64,000 bases of DNA from Schizochytrium sp. TIO01 (Eukaryota > Protista > Bigyra: Labyrinthulomycetes): assembly GCA_004764695.1 (NCBI GenBank), contig SMSO01000035.1:992001-1056000 (forward strand). The letters run 5' to 3'. How positions within the stretch are numbered: the stretch's first letter is position 1; every line of letters starts with the position of its first letter. Under the pieces are notes generated by a model, which saw only the letters and a program-made list of their open reading frames with translations, did no database searches and was not told where the DNA came from. Shown piece by piece: positions 13,472-22,538 of the stretch. The translations under genes were made by a program, and so were the position numbers.

Positions 13472-15290
13472 TAGCTGCTTGAAAAGGGGACTGTCTAACT
13501 ATGTGCCGACGTCGCTCTGGAAGTGCCATATTCGCGATGAGGGAGCCATTCTGATGGTGATAGAGTGTGTGAGTCCAAGTTTGTCTGCTTGTTTCTTCTA
13601 AGCACGGTGACGATGAATGGAAGAGTCCACTTTCCCGCCAACGTGAAGGCTTTGTTTGATCAGATGAAGGCTTCAACTAAGATGAAGCCTTCCTCGTCAT
13701 CATTGCCAGAAAGCTTCAGCCCGTGGCACTTTGAATCTTCTGAGGCGTTTCCTTCGTGGCCGGTTTTCTTCGCGCATTCTTCTTGCTAGTTCCTTGAGCA
13801 CTAGATGCTTCAAGGCGAAGCGGACTACTACTGAACCCAGCTAGCTACGGCTACCGGCGAGTGACACCATCGCGCCCAATTGGAATTTTTAGTTTCAGAC
13901 CCAATGATTCTGTCATTTTCTTCTTTTTCTTTTCTTTTTTCTTCTTCTTTCTTCTAACTAAAATGGGAATAAAGCTGCTTATTCTCTTCAAGCAATCAAG
14001 TTCTATGCATTTAAAAATATAATAACCATTATAATAATAGGAAGACAAGCTTTTCCACCATCATAATAATTTTAATAACCAATGTTAATATAAAAATTCA
14101 AAGGGTATGGTAGGTACATTTTGGAAGAGTGCAGAAATTACAGCGGTGAAAGATTGAGAAAGAAGGACTGAGTCTGGAAACTGCTCAGATCGGCACTCGT
14201 CGAAGCCGCTCATTGGAAAGAGACCCCGAAGAAGCCAAGAACCACGGCTCCTTTCTGAGCAGCCATTCGCCCTCGCTGGCCTGGTGAACAGGACCACGCA
14301 AACGGAATCGAGGCTGATTTTCTAGAAAATTGAATGAACTCTTGAAGAAGATTTATTTCCCCGCCCCGCTAGTTCTTCCAAGGCTGGTGAAACGGAAAAG
14401 CGTGTATTGTTATTTAGTGGTTTTTGTTTAATTTTTTCTTTTCAAAAGGAAAAAGGATATTTTCTTGAAAACGCGTGGTATTGTCTCTCATGGCCGCCCA
14501 CACATCATCGATCAGCACCTACGAAGCATTTCAATCAGTGCACAGAGGAAGTTGAACTCGTTTCGATGAATTGATTGGTTGATTGATTGATAAAGATTGA
14601 TAAATACATAAATGCATTAATAGATCAATCAACCGATCAACTCACTGACTGACTTCGATTCTAGAACACTGAGCTCCTGACCAACCTGAATCAGCGCAGA
14701 AACAGTACGCACTCGACTGCTTCTGCACACTCCATTTTTAAAGAAACAAAAGAAAAACATAAAAGAAGCAACACGAAACCAAAGCAAACATAACTCTGGC
14801 CCAAAGAAGCACTTCCCTGATCAATCAGGCCCTCCGTGAACATTATTACTGCATTTCATGTTTCAAAGTCTACCCGCAATTCGAGCACAAAGCTTGATAG
14901 CTGAAAAGTAAATTCAAGCTGGAGGCGTCTTATATCTGAACCCAAACGCAAACTCGGCTTCAATAAACTTAGATTTAGTCCACTCGAGCGGTAACCTGGA
15001 CTTTGAATGAGACCCAAGCAAGCTGCCTGCCTCCAAGTAAATATATCTTCATGATGATTTCTCAGAACAGGGTCTTCGCCATCCAAGATCAAGATCAAAC
15101 ATAAGCATCTGATGAACTTAACCATGAATTAACCCAAAAAGAATGAATACCTATACTCTCAATGATGGAATATCTGAATTCTCAGTTCCTAGCTAGAAGT
15201 ACCTATAGTGGGAAAGACTCAGTCGCTCCCATGGTCTCCCCGAGCCTGTTCGTTGGCGGACAAGTAGGAAGGTCCACTTTGGCCCTGCGA

Positions 15291-15330
15291 GTTGCGCGGG
15301 TTGCGCGGGTTGCGCGGGTTGCGAGAAGGG
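15291..15330 (+). repeat. (GTTGCGCGG)3+ 9-bp repeat giving four GGG tracts
   Basis: GGG at 15298, 15307, 15316, 15328. Confidence 0.85.
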
Positions 15331-17037
15331 TCAGTTTGGCGGCTTGCTCCCTCCCTAGACGATAAGGGGCCGACGATGTGGGTAGAGAAAACGATAGCAG
15401 CCCCTAAGGTGGCGCCGGTTGGCGCGAATACACACGCGACCTCGCGAATCGCAGGCTACGTGACGCGGCTTCGTCGATCTTGGGCTCAAAACACGCACCA
15501 TGCCTCCCAACCGCTGGCGATCCTCGTACTACAAGCCGGACGTTGGGGGGGTAGCGCGTATCTGCCGTCCCACTTGCGCGTCATATGGCGCACCGACACC
15601 GGGTCGGGCGATCTAACCGCCTCCCCTGCCCCACCTACCCCCCAGAGGGTACCTACCCCCCTATACGAATGAAAAGCGTCCCCTCCAACGTCCACCCGAG
15701 GGAGGGTTAGGAAGCGCAGCGGTATTCTCCAATGACGCGGCGAATTGCACTTGAGAAGGAAGCGGCGGCAACCTGGGCGGAACTAGAGAAGCTGGGCGTA
15801 TTGGTAGATAGAAGTAACGCTAGGAGAGCGTGGAGAACGAGGCGGCTAAGAAAACTTTTGAAATTCCGGTTCCTAGGCTTGGCGCTAGAAAGGAGTTTAG
15901 GTCTCTGTGCAGAGGCGGAAGGAAGATAACATTTCGTTTGCCTTAATTAATTTAAAAACATGTTTTCAATTTAAAACTAAAAATAATACTGATTAGGAAC
16001 TGCATTTGAGCGAGGGCTGTGGGAAGGCTGTGAGGCGGCAGCTGACATTTGGCAGGTCCGTCTATCTTCTCTTGTGAGAGCTCCCCAGAGCTTCGAAGCT
16101 TGCCAGTGAGTATCAGACTGCCATGATTCGATGAACGAGGCCTGCGGTGGAGACTTAGTCAAGCCGTCCCGGTATGGTCCTCTGCTCATTCGACATTTAA
16201 CCTTTAAAAAGAAAGTTGAAAGCTTTGGTTGAAGAAGTACTTACGAAGAATAAGTTGCTTCTTTGCAGTCAGTTGAAATGTAGGTACCTACCGTGCATCT
16301 TTCGTAAGCTTTGGAAAAAAGGTTACCTGGATAATCATACCGTCAAATTTGAAACGAAAAACCAATTATCACGTTTTCTATTTATTCAGCTATCTACTAT
16401 CTATCTATTTTTAAAATCGAATTGTTAAAGTATAATGTGGAAAACTAAAGTATAGAAGGAAAGAATTCTGTATCGAAAGGCTCGCGCGATATCTTCTTCT
16501 TTGTTGTTTCGACTTCTTTCGGTTATCCTGATAGGTTGCGTCGAGAAGCTGGAGAATAGACTTCACTTGAAAAGAAAACCCGAATGAAACGTGGTTTGTA
16601 TTTGCAGGCGATCGAATAGCTCAGTAGTCTAACACGTTTCTGTGATCGACAGAATTGTTTGTTTGTTTGTTTTTGGCCAAAAATCTTAAAACTCTTTGGA
16701 TGGTGTACAGCTGATACTGATTCGAGAACCGTAGGACTGGGCAGAAAAAGCAGAAGGAGAAGAAGAAGCTTTGCAGCCTTGAAATGCTGAAGTTTGCTTT
16801 GATTGGGTTGATGCGTATGTATGTATTCACGACAGGGCAAAACCCGACGGGTTCTTGGGATGATTTGAGGCCTCGCCAAGAAAGCCAAGCGCCGGAATCG
16901 GCGAGTCTGATCTTCTTCGCCAGATGAAGATAGATGGACGTACGTCATCAGACAACTCGAATGCCGTCGACCGTCTTGGCGCTTCTCGCGAATCCCTGAA
17001 GGGCGTGTGTCTTCTTCTTTGGATAACGCAATTGCAT

Positions 17038-17153
17038 TGCAATGCAATGCAATGCAATGCAATGTAATGCAATGCAATAAGCTGTACTTTGTAAATCCTT
17101 AGACTACCTATTTCTTCTTGAAAAAATCAATGCAATGCAATGCAATGCAATGC
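17038..17153. repeat. Two (AATGC)n pentamer arrays (17038-17078 and 17128-17153)
   Basis: Direct read. Confidence 0.9.
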
Positions 17154-17670
17154 TTTGAAGGATTCCTGTTCACCGCATTTATGGTCGTCTGTGCGAGAGT
17201 CTTCTGGATAGTGTAGGAATTGCATTTGATGTTGCTGGTGTTGTGGTGATTGCTGTGCCACACACAAGATCGCGAAGAAGGCTGACTGAGCAGAGCGAGA
17301 GCGAGGAGAAGAGCTTCGAAAGATGGCACATGCGATCAGCTTAGAGGAGCTGGAGGCGAACTCGAGGTCCTTGCGAAGAATAGCATTCGCGAATCATGAC
17401 GACGCCAGTTCCAGGAATTGCAGAACCGGCGTTGTTGTTCTCTCGTTGGAAGGAGAGAGGATAATCGTTTGAACATTTCTTTCCAAAGCGAAGGATGTTT
17501 ACTTTTAGTTAGTAGCTCATTCATCAGGTTGAAGTTAAAACAAATTCATTTTAAAGAAATAGAAACTTTTATTTGACATAAATAAAATATTATACATTCA
17601 ACCCAAAATAATAAAGTATATAAAAATCAAGTTGGAAGCAATAGCGGTGTGAATCAGAATACTTTTCTTA

Positions 17671-17714
17671 AGTAAAAGTAAAAGTAAAAGTAAAAGTAAA
17701 AGTAAAAGTAAAAG
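17671..17714. repeat. (AGTAAA)7 hexamer repeat
   Basis: Direct read. Confidence 0.92.
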
Positions 17715-18668
17715 AAGTAAAAAATTAAAGACTAGAGTGGGTGAACATAGCAGAGGTTTTAAAGTGGACAGGGGCCTTCTTAGAAGCTATGGGAAACAGA
17801 GCAAGTTTCACCTCCAAGGAGCAGTAAGAGAAAAAAAGAAGAAAAAAAGAAAAAAAGGAAAAAAGAATGGTGGAATACAATTCTTGGTTGGCTTCTTTGC
17901 CCCTTTTGAAGAAAGAATGATCGATCGCGGATCCCTCGCAGGCACAAGGAAATCTCCACAAACCTGCGGCAGCGGCGAGAAATAAGCGAGGAAGGCCGGC
18001 TTCGACGCTTCGTCAGCACTCGAGAAACCCGCCGATCTCCACGGAATCTGCAGAAGGAGGTATTTGTCCTTTTTCTTGAAAATAACCATGAATGATTCAG
18101 AATCTCAAGAAGGCGTCTTTTCCCTTTTCCCTTTTCCTTCTTCTTCTTCTGCTCCTCACGCTAAGACAGGCCTAAGATGATGACGCCCCCGCTCAGGGAC
18201 CCCGTCCCGCAGTCTCCTCCGAGAGACTCGCGATTTCAAAAGTTTCGAGAGAACGTTGTCGGCGTCGAGAGAACCGAGGCACCTCGAAAAACTTTTTGAA
18301 GATGAGATATGAATGAGTGAGTTCTTTCCTCCCGTTCCGCCATACTTCCAGAGAATTCCGCTCCTCAGACTCATCCAAGCTGTCCTGGGACGATCAGAGG
18401 GTTTCCACTTTTTTTTAAAATAGGTTATTTTTAAATTAAAGTATAAAACAGAAGTCTACACATGGTTTTTCTCCTCTAAAATAAAATGCTTTAGAGGTGT
18501 AGTCGAAGATGCCCTGCCTAGCAGGAGCATTCTCAAGTTTTACAAGCCGGTCAGTCTGGATAACAGGGCGCATAAGCGGAGGCAGAGAGCACGAGAGCGT
18601 ATGAGAGGCGGCGAATTTGCAGTTTATCTTACTGTAGTACTCTCGACTTCGCATGCGAAGTACCTGGC

Positions 18669-19162
18669 TATATATATATATATAATATTTATTTTTAACT
18701 TTAAACAAAAATTAATGACAAAGTGAAAACGTTTTTTGATGAATTTGAGTAGGTCGGCTTTAGGGAACAGTAGCAGTACAATGTGGAAGGAAGAAGTGTT
18801 AATCGTGTTGGCAGAGGATGATGGCGCCTGGCATTCCTCGAAAGCAAACCCGCAACCTGAAAAGCCAAGCCAGCAAAACTCAAACGCAAGCTTGAAGCCA
18901 CAACAGAAACCAAATCAACCTTGCAAAAGCAAAACCCAAACTAGATCAACCTCGCCGCGGATCAATCACCGCAGCATCAAAGCAAATCCCAAACTAAGTT
19001 CTTCTAGTTTGCTGTAAACACCACAACAACAAAGTCTTTAAGACACCCAACACTACATCAACTACTCTCATCTCTTGAAGTCTTTCGTCTTCAAGAATTT
19101 TGTATATCTTCAACAACTTCTGCACTTTGTACAAGAGTCAAGAACAAATCTTATCAGCAAAG
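18669..19162 (+). promoter_or_regulatory. Probable core promoter and long C/A-rich 5' leader of the AKR-cyclase gene
   Basis: (TA)n/AT-rich block at ~18669-18715, then a strongly C/A-skewed, G-poor tract (caacaacaac-type) running up to the ATG. TSS not determinable. Confidence 0.4.
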
Positions 19163-21622
19163 ATGGCCATCTTGAACAACAACGAGCAAGTCGAGCGTGA
19201 GCAGTGGGCCCAGGCCCGCCCCGCCGAGAAGTCCTTTGCCAAGGCATCATCAACTAGCAAGAAGTGGTCAAGTTCCGGTTCTATCCGCAGCAATGACTCC
19301 TTCTCCGAAGCCGAGACCAAGATGAGCTCTAACGGTAGCTCCGCAAGTCTTGCCCAGTTCGACGACGTCGCATCCGAAGTCAGGTCTCGTGGATCTTCAG
19401 CAAGCTCCCAGCCTGCCGTTGCTGTACCCCTCCTTGGATTCGGTACCTTCAACGAGTTCAAGGATGGCGAACGCGTCAAGGAGGCCGTCAAGGTCGCCAT
19501 TGGCGAGGGCTACCGCATGATCGACTGCGCCGCATTGTATGGAAACGAAAAGGAGGTTGGCCAGGCCATCTCCGAGAGTCTCGATGAGGGCCTTGCTGAA
19601 CGCGAGGAGCTCTTCGTTTGCAGCAAACTCTGGTGCTGGGATGCAGCCCCCGAGGATGTTGAAGATGCCTGCCGTCGCTCCCTCGCAGACCTCCAGGTCG
19701 ACTACATTGACTGCTACATGATGCACTGGCCCAACCGTATGACTAAGGGCAGCAAGTTAGTCTCACCAGATTTTGGCGGCAAGTTTGAGTACGGTGTCGT
19801 TCACGACGGTACTGACATTGAGCACATCATGGAGACCTACAAGGCCATGGAGCGTCTTGTTGACCTCGGTCTTGTTCGCACTCTCGGAGTCTCCAACATG
19901 GGACCCCGCACGCTCCAGCTTCTCCTTGCACGCTGCGAAGTCCGCCCTCTCGTCCTCGAGGTTGAGATGCACCCGTACCTTCAGCAGCCCAGCCTTCTTG
20001 AGCTGTGCCAGACCGAGGGTGTCAACGTCATTGCATACTCACCCCTCGGAAAGGTGGGATACCGCAACAAGGGCGATCCCTCTCTCCTCGAGGATGAAAC
20101 CATCCTTTCCATTGCAGAAGAGGTGAGCAAGTCGCCCGGACAGGTGCTCCTCCGTTGGGGAATCCAGCGCGGTACCTCCGTAATTCCCAAGAGTCTTACA
20201 CCTTCGCGCATTCATGATAACCGTGATGTGCTTGACTGGCGTCTTACGAACTCTCAGATGGATCGCATCAACGCCATCGACCGCGGATTCCGCTTCTGTA
20301 GCCCTCCCTGGTTTGACCTCGACAAGGACTCCGAGTACTGCGTGCGTGGTGGCCACCCTGGAACCCAGGCATTCCGCACTCCGTGTGAGGTCGATGAGCA
20401 TGGATGCTTCCGTAACCGCTTCGAGCGTCCTGGTAAGTACCTCCAGACCGAGATTGTAATCCAGCGCGGCATCCTCAAAAACCTCGCAACAATTGGTAAG
20501 ACTATTATTCCTGAAGTCTCGCACTCCGAGCAGAACTACCTCATCACCGACGATATCGTCAACGGTCTCTACGCCGATGAGGTTCTGGAGGGATTTCGTG
20601 CGGCCGGTCTCACGGTTGACAAGCTTGTCATCCCTTCTGCCGCCATGGATGAGTCTGGAGAACCCTCTACCGAGCCGTACAAGAACAAGGAGCAGTTCCA
20701 CCGTCTTGTGAACGCTATCCTTGCTAAGGGCATCTCCAAGCACACCTGCCTCATCTCCCTTGGTGGCGGCACTGTCGACAACATCACCGGCACTATCGCT
20801 GGTACTCTGTACCGTGGTATCAAGCTTGTGACCATCCCGACCACCACCATGGGTATGTGTGATGCATCTTGTGACTTCAAGAAGGCATTTAATGTTCAGG
20901 ACTTCGGTAAGAACCTTCTCGGTTGCTACTACCCTGCAGACTATCTTGTCATGGACCCCGACTGCCTTGAATCCCTCAGTGACCGCCATATTCTTAATGG
21001 TATTGCTGAGGCTCTCAAGCACGCTCTGTGCCAATGCACTGACTTTACCAGTCTCATCGTCGATCCTCTTCGTGAGGCTGGCGAGGACCGCTCCAAGGTC
21101 TTCCACGATGGCGACTACCTTCTTCGTCTGATCATTGAGTGCATGGAGAAGAAGGTCTCCACGCTCGGACCTGCATACAACGCAGATCACGCTTACAACG
21201 AGATGGTTCCTCAGTATGGACATGCCCCGGCCCACGCCATTGAGCACCTCTCCTGGCACCACGGCAACGATCCTCTCCTCCACGGTGAGGCTGTGGCCAT
21301 TGGCATGTGTGTCTCTGCTGAGGTTGCCTATCTCCTTGGCATCTGCAAGGAGAACGTCGTTGATGAGCACTACGACATCGTTGATGCTACTGGCCTCCCC
21401 TGCTTTGTGCCGGACACCATGACCATCGACCAAGTTCTTGACACTCTTAAGTACGACAAGCACTTCGTTGGCGGCCATGCCACTATGGGTCTTGCCAAGG
21501 AGATCGGCTGGATGGCTGCCAACCCGGAGAATGACTCATACGCATTTATGGTCGACACCGACACTCTCCGCAAGGCTTTCGAGCGCAACATTGAGCGCCG
21601 TGAGGCCAAGAAGCAGGCTTAA
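19163..21622 (+). CDS. Fusion of aldo-keto reductase (N-terminal) and DOIS-like sugar-phosphate cyclase (DHQ synthase superfamily, C-terminal), 819 aa from first ATG
   Basis: AKR motifs: VPLLGFGT, IDCAALYGNE (catalytic D,Y), FVCSKLW (K), YMMHWP (H), LGVSN, AYSPLG, VIPKS. Cyclase motifs: LITDDIV, E-x-x-K (TEPYK), LGGGTVDNITG, RGIKLVTIPTT, GKNLLGCYYP, GIAEALKH, QYGHAPAHAIEH, LHGEAVAIGM. Strong C/G-ending codon bias. The ORF track starts at TTG 19100; the first ATG is 19163. Confidence 0.93.
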   Translation: MAILNNNEQVEREQWAQARPAEKSFAKASSTSKKWSSSGSIRSNDSFSEAETKMSSNGSSASLAQFDDVASEVRSRGSSASSQPAVAVPLLGFGTFNEFKDGERVKEAVKVAIGEGYRMIDCAALYGNEKEVGQAISESLDEGLAEREELFVCSKLWCWDAAPEDVEDACRRSLADLQVDYIDCYMMHWPNRMTKGSKLVSPDFGGKFEYGVVHDGTDIEHIMETYKAMERLVDLGLVRTLGVSNMGPRTLQLLLARCEVRPLVLEVEMHPYLQQPSLLELCQTEGVNVIAYSPLGKVGYRNKGDPSLLEDETILSIAEEVSKSPGQVLLRWGIQRGTSVIPKSLTPSRIHDNRDVLDWRLTNSQMDRINAIDRGFRFCSPPWFDLDKDSEYCVRGGHPGTQAFRTPCEVDEHGCFRNRFERPGKYLQTEIVIQRGILKNLATIGKTIIPEVSHSEQNYLITDDIVNGLYADEVLEGFRAAGLTVDKLVIPSAAMDESGEPSTEPYKNKEQFHRLVNAILAKGISKHTCLISLGGGTVDNITGTIAGTLYRGIKLVTIPTTTMGMCDASCDFKKAFNVQDFGKNLLGCYYPADYLVMDPDCLESLSDRHILNGIAEALKHALCQCTDFTSLIVDPLREAGEDRSKVFHDGDYLLRLIIECMEKKVSTLGPAYNADHAYNEMVPQYGHAPAHAIEHLSWHHGNDPLLHGEAVAIGMCVSAEVAYLLGICKENVVDEHYDIVDATGLPCFVPDTMTIDQVLDTLKYDKHFVGGHATMGLAKEIGWMAANPENDSYAFMVDTDTLRKAFERNIERREAKKQA

Positions 21623-22538
21623 ATTCGATCATTCAACCAAGCCTTCCTCCTTTCCAGAATGTACACAAACGTTCCCACAACAACTACTCTACCATAAACC
21701 CACGTTTCTCTTTCGTGTTTAATACTTACACGAGATGTAATTCCGATAGCAAAATAAAACGTCGGCGTCACTGAGATATACTAAATCGACGCCGCGTCAA
21801 TGTGCACTGCACTTCTCTGTTTACAAAAAAAAATCCTCCTCTAGGTACAGTAATCATGAGCCCAGTCACGAGCGCTCGTGATCCACAAGAAGAATCTTTT
21901 TCTAGTCAAATAAAGAAAAATCAGATAAAATTTCCAACTTACTTTTAACTTTTTTTCTAACTTCAATCGTAATCTACAATGAGTACTTGTTGTCCAACAT
22001 CTTTGGAGAATGATCTCATTTTATCATGAGATATAGCGAATTCTATTGTCACATCCAGAGTGAGAGTGCATCCGGAAATCATCATTTCACTTGGCTTGAC
22101 TTGAATTTCAATTGTGAAGTTTCTAACACTGCTGAAAGCTAACCCTTAAGCTGATAGAATTCAACTGGCAATATGAATGCACAAAAAGACTTGAAAAAAT
22201 TGTATATTTAAGCTCATAGAGTTAGGGATGAATAACCAGATAGGCTGGTCATATTCTAGTTAGGAGACTAATACAAATGATTTCAAATATATACTACACA
22301 AAGCCCAAGATCTCTTCTGACTTTCGTATCCAATAGTCACACTCTTTAAATAGTTTAACTCTCAGGATTTATAATTGTGTGCCAAAAACTCTGGCCGAGG
22401 ATTGTCCGCATCACCCTTCGATCGATAACCTCAGCAGACAACTAATAAATTATAGAGCTTAAGCAGAAGCTACTCTTCTTCTCGAAGCAAGGCCTGGTCT
22501 ATCATATGGCTCGGTATATTTGTCTAGGCCCTTTTTCA

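Noticed and set aside
12-19017. Many 60-195 aa ORFs in the first 19 kb (e.g. 12-536, 1452-1958, 6919-7506, 16523-17077, 18736-19017)
   Set aside because: Mostly non-ATG starts, run through microsatellites, and show no domains or coding bias. Small exons cannot be fully excluded, e.g. a GTAAGT donor-like site at ~757.
20039-21478. 479-aa antisense ORF overlapping the AKR-cyclase
   Set aside because: Codon-aligned shadow of a highly biased sense gene (few TTA/CTA/TCA codons means few antisense stops); no domain recognisable.
20430-21622. Annotation as ordinary 3-dehydroquinate synthase (aroB/AROM)
   Set aside because: Lacks DHQS diagnostics (GGGV-x-GD, GGKT, E-x-G-x-R..LN-x-GHT) and is fused to an AKR rather than to shikimate enzymes.
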